From the NCBI RefSeq assembly GCF_000007225.1, contig NC_003364.1, positions 870,001 through 902,000 of the forward strand: a DNA stretch of 32,000 bases, written 5' to 3'. Below the pieces are notes generated by a model, which saw nothing but the letters and a program-made list of their open reading frames with translations, was not told the origin of the DNA and ran no database searches. The first letter of the stretch is position 1. Each line of letters begins with the position of its first letter. Made by a program: the position numbers and the translations under genes. Of the stretch, positions 23,088 to 31,924 are shown piece after piece. The DNA is from Pyrobaculum aerophilum str. IM2 (GTDB lineage Archaea > Thermoproteota > Thermoprotei > Thermoproteales > Thermoproteaceae).

Positions 23088-25007
23088 ATGATATTCAAGT
23101 ATATAGAGATTTATATTTCATTGACATTGATACTGGCGAGTTTTGCATCAGCCATACTCCAGGGACCTTATGTGGACTACGATTACATCAGCCCGCCGCC
23201 CGCTGAATACATCTCAGTGACTATTGATAGGGCATACAGGTTATTGACCACGAACTCCTCCGACTATGCTGTTGAAGCATATGCCTGGGTATTTAACGGC
23301 GGTTATTTTAATTTCGGCATCTTCACGAGAGACGGCGGGGGATGGACTGCGTGTAATTGGAGCGGCGATATTTACAAAAACCCAAGTTCGACGATAGAAT
23401 TTAAAGGCGTGTGTACGCCATCTAAGGAGCATAGGGATTTGGGCCTCCCTATGTTATACAAGCCGTCTGCCAATGTCGATTACACATGGGTGCAGTCTGT
23501 CGATTTATACGGGGTGGGAAGTGTATGCACTGCGATACTTCGCCAACCCTCACTGGACAGAGTTGAAATAGAGGAAGTGGGCCGAGCCTATAGGTTCAGA
23601 GTCTATGTTAAGGCGCCAGCTAGCGACTCAACAATAACACTTGAAGTATCGCAAGGCGGCAAGCGCGTCTATTCTGTGCTTAAAACAGTGTCGACAAAAT
23701 TGAGTTCAGCGTGTGTAGTGCTTAGAGTTGATTTCGGGCCTGTGGAGCCTAAGAGGTGCGGGAGGTATGACGTTGAAGTCGTTGTCTCTTCTGGTAACTA
23801 TACGGGGAGGTGGAGTGGTTCTGTAGAGGCAAAGGTCCCCTGTACTACCACAGGCACTATAACCGCCACGGCCACTGTAACGCCAACAACCACAACCCCT
23901 CCGTTGGTAAGAATAGTAGTTTCTGGCGACTATGCCACTTGGCGAATTAAGTCCAGCGTCGATGAGATTTCTGGCTCGGGCGTTGGCAACTGGAACGTGA
24001 GACTTGGGGGGACCACCGACGTCCTTTACGCAGAGATTGTGAAAAATCCCTACGGATACGTCTGTACTATCAACCCCGCATCTCTACAAGTAACTGCGGG
24101 AGGGGTTTACGAGTTCCGTATTACGGTGTGCGAGAATCCAGCCAGTAACAGTGACTGTAAAAGACCCATTTGGAGTCTGGTGGAAGGTGGCATGGAGCGG
24201 CTCTGCCTCTGGGGAGCGGGTGGGTAGCGGCAGTGGAGCTTGGGAGGTGCAGCCAGGCGAGAACTCGCCTCTCTACATTTCGGCACAGGTGGTGAATCCG
24301 TTGAAATACACTGACTGTATCATTTCGCCTTCCTCTGCCGTTGTGTTTCCGGGCCAGAATATTGAGTTTTCTGTAAACTGCGCCTCGCCGTATGTCAACG
24401 TCGTTGTAATTGACAGCCTAGGCGTTATGTGGAGAGTTAAATCCGGGAAGACGTCAACAGAGGGGCGCGGCTCTGCGACATTACAAATAGAACTGGCTGG
24501 GCGTACCGACGTGTTAACAGCTGAGGTGGTCCAAAATCCGCCTGGCTACATGTGCGAAATATCCCCGCGCTCAGTGGAGGTATCCGCTAAGGGCAGCGTC
24601 ACGTTTACAATTACATGTAAAGCCTTAAAGCGATATCTGTAATTGTCGACAACTCCTACGGCGCGACGTGGCGGGTGAAATGGAGCGGAGCGGCCGAGGG
24701 GACTAAAACAGGGAGTTGGGGAGATGCATGGGACGTATACCCCACCTCTCAAGCAAGTGTATCTTTTGAGGCCGCAATTCTCGCCTCGCCCCCGGGGATG
24801 ATCTGCTCAGTGACGCCTACATCTGTAAGCGCTAATCCGGGCGAGTTAGTAAAATTTGTCATTACATGCACGACGACAAGTCCCCAGCCATTGACGACTA
24901 CTGTCACAATAACCCAAACGGGGAGTGTGTCGGAGTTGACGTTGCTAGCTCTAGCCGCAGTAGTAATTTCGGCTATCGCTTTGGCGTTGTCGTTGAAAAG
25001 GAGATAA
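23088..25007 (+). pseudogene. Cell-surface protein of about 640 aa split into three ORFs (23088-24227, 24151-24642, 24675-25007) by a +1 shift and then a -1 shift
   Basis: It has an N-terminal signal/anchor (IYISLTLILASFASAIL), Thr-rich linkers and four tandem repeats of about 80 aa. The C-terminus is TM + KRR (LTLLALAAVVISAIALALSLKRR). Repeat sequence continues across both ORF boundaries in the neighbouring frame. ORF1 and ORF3 share a frame. Confidence 0.6.
23898..24869 (+). repeat. Four tandem coding repeats of about 240 bp (beta-sandwich-like domain)
   Basis: Units start LVRIVVSGDYATWRIK / VTVTVKDPFGVWWKV / VNVVVIDSLGVMWRVK / ISVIVDNSYGATWRVK. Units end ..YVCTINPASLQVTAGGVYEFRITVC / ..TDCIISPSSAVVFPGQNIEFSVNC / ..YMCEISPRSVEVSAKGSVTFTITC / ..MICSVTPTSVSANPGELVKFVITC. 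Confidence 0.75.
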
Positions 25008-25078
25008 ACATCTCCTGTATTTTTCCTCATGGCGATCTCCGGCCTTACTGATACGTAGTGATAACCTAGTTGGCGGAC

Positions 25079-25129
25079 TCAGCAAGGGGTTCTTTTATCA
25101 CTCTTCAATCCGGGGAGTTCTATCATCAC
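25079..25129 (-). ncRNA. C/D box sRNA candidate with its own promoter
   Basis: The minus strand reads GTGATGA / TAGAACTCCCCG / GATT (or CGGA, TTGA) / spacer / GTGATAA / AAGAACCCCTTG / CTGA, 51 nt. The TTATAAAA core (25150-25157) is centred about 25 nt upstream of the C box. Confidence 0.6.
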
Positions 25130-25344
25130 CTAAAGTTCTAGATAATGCATTTTATAACCCATTTAGCGAGCTCTTCAAACGCAAAGTATTGAAGCGCTTA
25201 CCATTACATAGCGCTTTTCCGCCTTAATCGTCCACAGATAAGTCGCCGTGATTCCAAGCTCCGACAAGAGAATGTGCCTCTGCATCTAGACGTACTCTAT
25301 GATTTTTCACGCGCAGTCGACCACAATACCAGCGTTTAACAAGC

Positions 25345-25378
25345 GCGCCGAGAGATCGGCGCTCGTAAAAATGTTTCA
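25345..25378 (-). terminator. T5 tract and 7-bp hairpin immediately 3' of tRNA-Glu
   Basis: On the minus strand TTTTT (25366-25370) lies 9 nt after the tRNA end. It is followed by GCGCCGA-TCTC-TCGGCGC (25345-25362). Confidence 0.4.
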
Positions 25379-25505
25379 TGCCCCGGCCGGGATTTGAACC
25401 CGGGTCACGGGCTCGAGAGGCCCGCATCCTTGTCCGGGCTAGACTACCGGCTGGAGTGGCCGGCTGGCCACGGCTCCCGGTCTTGCCTGGCGACAACGCC
25501 GGGGC
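25379..25505 (-). tRNA. tRNA-Glu(CUC) with a 52-nt non-canonical intron in the acceptor-stem region; CCA not encoded
   Basis: Reverse complement: GCCCCGG [CGTTGTC...CTCCAGCCGG, 52 nt] TA-GTCT-AGCCCGGACAA-GGAT-G-CGGGC-CTCTCGA-GCCCG-TGAC-CCGGG-TTCAAAT-CCCGG-CCGGGGC-A. Only the distal GCCCCGG pairs 7/7 with the 3' strand; the proximal CAGCCGG pairs 4/7. TATA AAAGTTATAAACC lies about 25 nt upstream. Confidence 0.85.
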
Positions 25506-25566
25506 AGGGAATTGATGTTCTTGGGTTTATAACTTTTTCTGTAGGCGGCTTTAAAGGCAGGGCGAA

Positions 25567-26304
25567 TTAGCAAGACATAACCGCCTTTCCCCATTTAGGC
25601 TTTAGACATACGTAGCCGCCGCGCATGGCCAATATGTACTCTCTAGGCGTCCACGTGGCCGCCGTTGCCGCGGCCACAACGCCTGCCAATAACAGCCACG
25701 CATAGGTCGACAGCCCTATTACAGCGGCTACGAGACCCGCGGCTATTAGGGCGAGTTTTTTCCGCCTGCCTCTCTTGTAAAACTCCACAGCGTCGTCTGG
25801 GGGAACAACCTCGTCTCTAAAGCGGATGAGGAGGGCGGCAGTCTGCTGATAGGCGTGGCACAAAGCCTTTATTGGGTTATTAGATCTCTCTGCCCTTACT
25901 CCGCGGCATATCTCGGGCATTTTATTGAGAAGCCCCTCTATCTCTTTCTCCAAGCTGTCATGTACGTTTAGTATCAGCCATTTTTTTGTCTTCACGGCCC
26001 CGTCTTGAATATAGTGTAGAGCCCTTCCCAGAGCCCTGCCGGCGTTGTACAAATCGCCCCTGGCGCGGTAGTACTGGGCTAAGTTGTAGTAATATTCCAC
26101 AAGCGATATTTGCAACTCGTGGTGTTTTGGAGGGGCCAGCGCCCATCGGCACTTTCTCCCGCCGCATTTCTTGACATAAAGCATGTCGCTTACCACATCG
26201 GGCTCAACTACGCCTTTAATAACCCCCCGGTATAAATCGCCTTTTGGCAAGCCCTGCGGCCAGGCCAGAGCCACAAGGCGGCGATGTGTGGCCCACGACG
26301 GCAC
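25567..26304 (-). CDS. Membrane-anchored putative metallo-hydrolase (zinc phospholipase C / P1-nuclease-like fold)
   Basis: N-terminal SWATH and central GRALHYIQD resemble the W1..H and LHYLGD zinc-ligand motifs of that fold. Two C-terminal TM helices are present. GTG at 26304 with ATTAATTTAAACC upstream. The functional call is tentative. Confidence 0.5.
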   Translation of the reverse strand: MPSWATHRRLVALAWPQGLPKGDLYRGVIKGVVEPDVVSDMLYVKKCGGRKCRWALAPPKHHELQISLVEYYYNLAQYYRARGDLYNAGRALGRALHYIQDGAVKTKKWLILNVHDSLEKEIEGLLNKMPEICRGVRAERSNNPIKALCHAYQQTAALLIRFRDEVVPPDDAVEFYKRGRRKKLALIAAGLVAAVIGLSTYAWLLLAGVVAAATAATWTPREYILAMRGGYVCLKPKWGKAVMSC

Positions 26305-26382
26305 GCACTATTTCCGTTGCGGGTTTAAATTAATGGAGGCGCTATGCCCGCGGCGCCACGGCAATATAGCGCCGAGGGGGGA

Positions 26383-26970
26383 TTATGCCCGGGCCTCCCG
26401 ACATTTGTCTCTATACGTCACTTCAATTTCTAATAGGGCGTAGTACTGTTGGTCAGTCAGAGAAACTGCGGGATTTACCCTCTCCACCTCTCTTATGGCG
26501 TCATCTGCCTTCATGCACCTTGTGGCTATTAAATACGCCGCGAGTACTGTCGGCGTTCTTCCAATGCCGCCGACGCAGTGCACCACCACAGAGCCCTTTG
26601 CTGCCTCCTCTTTTAATAACTCCACTAACTCGTCGAGTTTACGCGGCGGATATCCATCAGGCGTTGGCCAGTGTATCCACTTCATCCCCTTATTCATGAG
26701 GGTTTTCCGCAGTTCCAACAGCCCCCACCTCCCGTAGTACTCTATCTCCCAAGCCTCTGCCAGCGACACTACTGTCTTCACCCCGAGCTCAGCCCACTTC
26801 TCTATATCCCCCCTTCCAGGCATACAGGAGCCCGCAAGTCTCGGCGTGATCCAATACGGACACTCTATTTTAGCCACTGGCGCGTTTAGGGCTGATATTA
26901 TATAGTTTAGCCTTCTTAATACCGCCTCCAGTTTCCGCCTTCTAATAGAGGGATTGTCTGAAGGCCTCAC
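26383..26970 (-). CDS. Cys-based protein tyrosine / dual-specificity phosphatase
   Basis: P-loop VVVHCVGGIGRTPTVLAAYL (HCxxGxxR[ST]), about 195 aa. Confidence 0.8.
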   Translation of the reverse strand: MRPSDNPSIRRRKLEAVLRRLNYIISALNAPVAKIECPYWITPRLAGSCMPGRGDIEKWAELGVKTVVSLAEAWEIEYYGRWGLLELRKTLMNKGMKWIHWPTPDGYPPRKLDELVELLKEEAAKGSVVVHCVGGIGRTPTVLAAYLIATRCMKADDAIREVERVNPAVSLTDQQYYALLEIEVTYRDKCREARA

Positions 26971-27241
26971 ACGACATATCTAGGAGGACTGCTCCCAGTC
27001 CCTGAATATATTGATAGCGGCTCGTATAGTAGCCAGATTTCGGCTCCCGAGGCCAGCGCTCGGGCCAGGGGGCTTTTGTCGCTCTCCGCCTGAGATCTCC
27101 TTGTTTACAATGGGCAGAAGCCCTAGGGAGGCGGCGTCTGCGAAGCTGTCTGTTGTTGGAAAAAGAGCATAAGGGCGATTAAAACGACTGCAAATACGAG
27201 GACGAGCCGCCATTTCATAAAAGGACAGTTTTCAAGACGTT

Positions 27242-28468
27242 TTAAATCTTGAACACAGTGGAGAAAGTGCCAAGCCCCAGGGCCTCCCCTAATAGTAAAA
27301 CCCCAAGGACTAGTGACAAGATACCCACGGCGTATTCAGCCCGCCTTCCCCACCTGCTCCACTTAATGCTCTTGGCGGCTTTGGCCGCGCCTTTTCTCAC
27401 CAAGGCGATTAATGCGTAGATCATTACCGCGAGGCCTGCGGCGTAGGCCAGCGTGGCGAAAAAGAGGGCTAGGTAATTGCCCGTGACCGCCGCCGTAATT
27501 AAATTCGCCACTACCACCGCTCCAAAGAACGGCGCAATACACGGAGTCCAAACGGCGCCTAGAGAGGCGCCAAGCGCCAAATCCCCAACAGCGCCGACGC
27601 TTATTTTAGACGCTTTATAAGCCGATGTCTGAAATCTCGAGGCCCACATTACAAATGCCCTATTGAGCCGCTCTACTGTTAGTATGCTGCCCATGGCTAT
27701 TAACACCGCTCCTCCCACTGCGTACAACACGGTATTCGCCACCTCCCCGGCCCAAGAGGCCACTGCGGCCACCACAGTGGCTATGAGGGAGAAGGAGAGG
27801 GCCATGCCGGCGAGTACTAGGGAGAATTTACGCCGGGTTAAATAAGTAGTTGCGGCAATGGTGAGCACTGGCAGTACACATGGCGAAAATACGCTGGCGA
27901 CGCCGGCGGCAAATGAGGCAATTATCTGTAAGAACAGGCCTGGCGACACGCTAGGTTTGACGGGCTGCGCAGTCTGCGCGGCTGTCTCCGGGGCGGCGTA
28001 CGCCATTTCCACTAATTTCACAAAGGTATCCGCAGGCGCGGCCCCAATCATTATGAGAGTGGCGTGTATAGTCCCGTTTTTGACAAAGCCCATGATTATC
28101 GTGGGAGTCCCTATAACAGGAACGCTCTGCTTGCCGCTGGCCTTTTGTGCGCGCAACACGTCGTTGCTATATATATACACTTGTCCGTCTGCCACCACAT
28201 CTACGCTACGTATTAGGAATTTAGCCAAGTCAATTGAGATTAAATTAACGCCTTTAAGGGCGTTGGCCACCTGCTCCTGGGTAAAGACTTGGGTCTTTAG
28301 GTCGTTACAGCCTTCGCAATTCGGCTGGTGGATGTATATCAACACAGGGCCGTCCCTCAAGGCTTGTGAAAACTCTTGCGCAGAAGTCACATCTGTAAAT
28401 TGCAACTGCCCAATTTGCAACGCTACGAGAAATGCCGTGAGGATTAACGCCGCGGCCAAGCCCCTCAT
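27242..28468 (-). CDS. Thioredoxin-like domain fused to a CcdA/DsbD-type thiol-disulfide transporter
   Basis: Signal peptide, then IYIHQPNCEGCNDLK (CxxC), then a polytopic domain with FSPCVLPVL and WTPCIAPFF Cys motifs. I prefer the ATG at 28468 (MRGLAAALIL..), which is 24 nt from the TATATATA box, over 28483. Confidence 0.8.
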   Translation of the reverse strand: MRGLAAALILTAFLVALQIGQLQFTDVTSAQEFSQALRDGPVLIYIHQPNCEGCNDLKTQVFTQEQVANALKGVNLISIDLAKFLIRSVDVVADGQVYIYSNDVLRAQKASGKQSVPVIGTPTIIMGFVKNGTIHATLIMIGAAPADTFVKLVEMAYAAPETAAQTAQPVKPSVSPGLFLQIIASFAAGVASVFSPCVLPVLTIAATTYLTRRKFSLVLAGMALSFSLIATVVAAVASWAGEVANTVLYAVGGAVLIAMGSILTVERLNRAFVMWASRFQTSAYKASKISVGAVGDLALGASLGAVWTPCIAPFFGAVVVANLITAAVTGNYLALFFATLAYAAGLAVMIYALIALVRKGAAKAAKSIKWSRWGRRAEYAVGILSLVLGVLLLGEALGLGTFSTVFKI

Positions 28469-28497
28469 AGATTTAATGGACATTTGCTATATATAAC
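28469..28497. promoter_or_regulatory. Overlapping divergent A/T boxes (GATTTAATGG and CTATATATAAC)
   Basis: Each box sits about 24-25 nt upstream of the start on the opposite side: 28499 (+) and 28468 (-). Confidence 0.4.
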
Positions 28498-28498
28498 T

Positions 28499-29122
28499 AT
28501 GAACGTTGAGAGAGTCATCGTTGGGCCGCTGGCCACGAATTCGTACATTGTGTGTGAAAGAGAGGAGTGCGTAGTGATAGATCCAGGGGCTGAGGGGGAT
28601 AGGATTATGAGACAGTTAGGGCGGAAATCGCTTGTGGCAGTTGTCGCCACACACTTGCATTTCGACCACGTAGGCGCTGTGGCGCGTTTAGTTGAGGCGA
28701 CCGGCGCCGAGTTCTACGCCCACTCAGACGACTGGCGCATATACAAAAGTCTTAATCAAATCGCCGAGGACTGGGGCTTCGCCGTGCCTGAACTACCGAC
28801 GCCGAGAGGCCTCGGGTCCCGCGTCTGGAGGCTTGAAGTACTCCACACGCCGGGGCACACCCCCGGCTCTATATCTCTTGTGGGCGACGGGTTTGTATTC
28901 ACGGGAGACGCCCTTTTCTACAGGTCTGTGGGGAGGACTGACTTGCCTTACGGAGACTGGGAGGCCTTAGTACAATCAGTGTGTAGGCTGTACGGGCTGC
29001 CGCCCTCTTTTCAGGTCTACCCAGGCCACGGCCCTGAGACGACAATCGGCGCCGAGGCGAGGGGCAACCCGTTTATAAATGCCGACATTTGTCTAGGCGG
29101 GCGACACAGCAGGCTTTATTAA
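28499..29122 (+). CDS. MBL-fold hydrolase, glyoxalase II-like
   Basis: ATHLHFDHVG (HxHxDH), HTPGHTPG and a C-terminal GHG. ATG at 28499 (MNVERVIVGPLATNSYIV). Confidence 0.8.
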   Translation: MNVERVIVGPLATNSYIVCEREECVVIDPGAEGDRIMRQLGRKSLVAVVATHLHFDHVGAVARLVEATGAEFYAHSDDWRIYKSLNQIAEDWGFAVPELPTPRGLGSRVWRLEVLHTPGHTPGSISLVGDGFVFTGDALFYRSVGRTDLPYGDWEALVQSVCRLYGLPPSFQVYPGHGPETTIGAEARGNPFINADICLGGRHSRLY

Positions 29123-29141
29123 CCACTTACAATGTTAATCA

Positions 29142-29810
29142 GTGCAGTCCAACGTGAGGGCTAAACTGCTTCAATATCCCCCTCCGCCGATTCTAACCCC
29201 CCAGTTAATTACCACTACATCGCTTATATCCACTAGGCTATACGGCCTGTTCGACTTAGGAATGTTCCTGGCCAGGCTCGTCGAGGCTGGGGTTCAGAAA
29301 TACGGCGAGGTTTTAGACCCGTGCTGGCTTTACATAGTTCTGCCCAACGGCTACAAACACTTCGCCTACTTCTCTAATGACGTGCCGCCCGGCGAGGAGT
29401 ACTCTACCCTCTACCCCGATCCGTACTTAGGCGCGCTGTTCACCGCAGCGTCTGGGAGAAGGGCTGTATTCCGCCCGCTCGGCAACGACTATCTCGACGG
29501 CCTCTTCGAAACGCTCGCACAAGCCGAGGGGTGGAATATACACATTTCAAACTATGTTGAGTATGAGTATTACCCCAATGCCCATGTGGTGAACGAGCAG
29601 TGTATTATTGAGAAGTTGAAGACAATACTGCCTAAAGAGGCGACGTATGAAAAAGACGCCTTGCTATCGCTTCTTGTTCCCACGATGCCCCAAGCGTTTT
29701 TAACTGATCCACAGCTCGTAAAACTAATTGCCCTCGGCCTCATGGAATACCGCGAAACGACTATAGTCCCCACGCAACTTCTGGTGTCGTTGCTAGGAAT
29801 GCTTTTTTAA
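29142..29810 (+). CDS. Hypothetical protein (alternative start at the ATG at 29262)
   Basis: The ORF translates to a globular-looking sequence. The first 40 codons (Pro/Thr-rich, GTG start) may not be coding. I recognised no motif. Confidence 0.55.
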   Translation: MQSNVRAKLLQYPPPPILTPQLITTTSLISTRLYGLFDLGMFLARLVEAGVQKYGEVLDPCWLYIVLPNGYKHFAYFSNDVPPGEEYSTLYPDPYLGALFTAASGRRAVFRPLGNDYLDGLFETLAQAEGWNIHISNYVEYEYYPNAHVVNEQCIIEKLKTILPKEATYEKDALLSLLVPTMPQAFLTDPQLVKLIALGLMEYRETTIVPTQLLVSLLGMLF

Positions 29811-29834
29811 CCCCCATCTGGCGGTGATAACTAC

Positions 29835-30863
29835 GTGAAAGCGGTAATACTCGGCGGAGGCATTGCCGGTGTTTTCACTGCGCACTTTCTCAAGGAGAGG
29901 GGGTTTGAGGTGGTGGGCATAGGCGGCGAAGTGACTTACCCCCTTGCCTCTTTAGTGTTAACTACGTCTATGCCGTTTAGAGAAGATGTGGAGCTGGCGC
30001 GGAGAAGCCTCGAGATTTATAGAAGGTTCGCAGAGCCCAGAGAGGTAGTTTCTGTAGATATACTGCCCCGCTGGGTAGATCTCTCCAACATAAGCCACAT
30101 ACCCCACGAAGTTGTTGACAGGGTAGATGGAGTTAGACTTAGCCCAGACGAAATCGCGGTGATTACAAAAGACTACCTCATCCCCGTGAGGGCAATTGTC
30201 TCATCACTGCGTAAGGCCCTTAAGTTCTCTAACTCATATGGATTTCTTAAGGCAGACGGACGGCGGGTATACGTAATTGCCGATGGTAGGAGAATTGAGG
30301 GAGATGTGATTGTCCTCGCCGCCGGTTATAGAAACAGTATCATAGCCAGAGAGGCGGGCATTGAACTCCCCCTGGCCCCCTATGAGTGTTACGCAGTGGC
30401 GTTTATAGTAGGGCGGAAGGTGTGGCGCTACAGTATTGGCGATTACGTACTGGGGTGGTACGGAAGGCCGACAATGCCGCCGATTTACATAGCGGGGAAT
30501 GGCTGCGGGAAATACGGCGAGGGGTCGCCCCCCAATTATACAAAGAGAATGGCGAATTTAATATCACAACGAATAGGAACGGCCATCCCCCTTTTCTTAA
30601 AAGTGGGATATTGCGAAGTGGGGCCTCACGGCGGTCCGCTATATGGGAAACACCCGCTTTTCGACAACTTGTACATATTAGGCGGGTTTAACGGATACGG
30701 CAGCATGGTCGGCCCCGCGTTGGCCGAACGCCTAGCGGATTTATTAGAGGGCAGGGGGATAGACGACGAGTTTAGGATTGAGAGGGCGCCGAAGGCCCAG
30801 TTTGATCCTTGTCAAGTGGCTGAGAGACACGACTGGGGAGCCGTTCTGCTACGTAACACTTAA
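29835..30863 (+). CDS. FAD-dependent oxidoreductase (DAO / glycine-oxidase-like family)
   Basis: It has an N-terminal VILGGGIAGVFTAHFLKERGFEV Rossmann motif, spans 342 aa, and shows a C-terminal GFNGYG segment. Confidence 0.8.
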   Translation: MKAVILGGGIAGVFTAHFLKERGFEVVGIGGEVTYPLASLVLTTSMPFREDVELARRSLEIYRRFAEPREVVSVDILPRWVDLSNISHIPHEVVDRVDGVRLSPDEIAVITKDYLIPVRAIVSSLRKALKFSNSYGFLKADGRRVYVIADGRRIEGDVIVLAAGYRNSIIAREAGIELPLAPYECYAVAFIVGRKVWRYSIGDYVLGWYGRPTMPPIYIAGNGCGKYGEGSPPNYTKRMANLISQRIGTAIPLFLKVGYCEVGPHGGPLYGKHPLFDNLYILGGFNGYGSMVGPALAERLADLLEGRGIDDEFRIERAPKAQFDPCQVAERHDWGAVLLRNT

Positions 30864-30885
30864 AAACCTAGGGAAAAGCCGGGCC

Positions 30886-31053
30886 GTGAGTAAAGAGCGA
30901 GAGAAAATGGTATTGATCTCCTTTCACGTGCCCCGATCCTACGTGGAAGTTCTTGACGAATTAGTAAGGATGGGAGTCTATCCGAGTCGTAGCGAGGCTA
31001 TAAGGGCGGCGCTCAGAGAGCTCCTGGGCAAATACAAGCCCGACGGAATTTAA
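30886..31053 (+). CDS. CopG/ribbon-helix-helix regulator (alternative start at the ATG at 30907)
   Basis: ISFHVPRSYVEVLDELVRMGVYPSRSEAIRAALRELL fits the RHH pattern. CTTAAAAACC at 30859-30868 fits the GTG at 30886. The track start at 30778 overlaps the upstream gene and is unlikely. Confidence 0.7.
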   Translation: MSKEREKMVLISFHVPRSYVEVLDELVRMGVYPSRSEAIRAALRELLGKYKPDGI

Positions 31054-31076
31054 AAATACACTACTCACGTCGCTTT

Positions 31077-31889
31077 ATGCTCGGCGCGATCTCGGCGTTT
31101 ATAGCCACTCTCGCCTTTTCTATAAACGCCCCTTTGGCATATGCCGCATTTAAAAGAGGAGTGTCATCGCAGACTCTTGTTGCAATTCGCAATGTAATTG
31201 CTTTTATAATTCTGCTACCGCTGGCGGACTTTAAAATAAGCCTATCTACTCTCCTCGTCGTGATGCTATCAGCGCTTTTAGGCCCGGGGCTGGGGGATTA
31301 CGCGTATTTCAAGGCCATTGCCCAGAGCGGAGTGGCCACGGCGGTAACTATTGGGTATACGTATATCTTCACTACTCAAATTTTTGCAACTGCTCTAGGC
31401 GTAGAGCACCCAAGGGCCTTAACAATCATAGGGGCTTTGTTGGCTTTTATAGGCATTTATATAGCCCTGGGCGGGAGGCCGCGGGGACTTGGCGTGTTAT
31501 ACGGAGTCTTGGCGTCAATCTCGTGGGGCGCGGCGTCGGCGGCGCTCGGCGCCGCCTCTAAGGATGCAAGCCCCTTCACAATAGCAGTGATTAGATCGGC
31601 CGTATTGGCGCCTCTCTTCTCTCTATTTTCTAATTTTAGCGAAGCGAAAAAGGGCGGGATTATATACGCCGCTTTATCAGGCGTCGTCGGCTTGGCGCTT
31701 GGATCGACGGCTTTTATATATGCCATGTCGCAAATAGGCGTAGCCGCTACTGTAATAGCCACTTCTCTAACGCCTATTTTATCCCAGCTATTGGACAGAG
31801 CCGTTAACAAAGCAACGATATACCCTAAACATATATTAGGAGCAACATTAGTGGGATTAGGGACTGCCATTAGCATGACGAATAACTAG
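31077..31889 (+). CDS. EamA/DMT-superfamily transporter
   Basis: About ten hydrophobic segments arranged as two similar halves, 270 aa. ATTTAAAAATACAC lies just upstream. Confidence 0.8.
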   Translation: MLGAISAFIATLAFSINAPLAYAAFKRGVSSQTLVAIRNVIAFIILLPLADFKISLSTLLVVMLSALLGPGLGDYAYFKAIAQSGVATAVTIGYTYIFTTQIFATALGVEHPRALTIIGALLAFIGIYIALGGRPRGLGVLYGVLASISWGAASAALGAASKDASPFTIAVIRSAVLAPLFSLFSNFSEAKKGGIIYAALSGVVGLALGSTAFIYAMSQIGVAATVIATSLTPILSQLLDRAVNKATIYPKHILGATLVGLGTAISMTNN

Positions 31890-31924
31890 ACCGCTGAAAA
31901 AATGAGGAGCTGACGACGGGCTGA

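Noticed and set aside
25165-25230. Two hairpins (CTTCAA/TTGAAG and AGCGCT/AGCGCT) followed by TTTT on the plus strand
   Set aside because: This could be a small transcript driven by the same A/T box as the C/D candidate. The stems are short and imperfect, and I have no family to assign.
25224-25496. 90-aa minus-strand ORF
   Set aside because: It is made of the tRNA-Glu gene, its intron and its terminator hairpin.
26980-27213. 77-aa minus-strand ORF between the DsbD-like and phosphatase genes
   Set aside because: The translation is Pro/Ser/Arg-rich, and the only A/T box abuts the ATG. Coding is possible but unsupported.
30160-30210. Perfect GUGAUGA on the minus strand, antisense to the FAD oxidoreductase gene
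   Set aside because: No CUGA lies at the required distance; the 12-nt position after the C'-like GGGAUGA reads UAAU.
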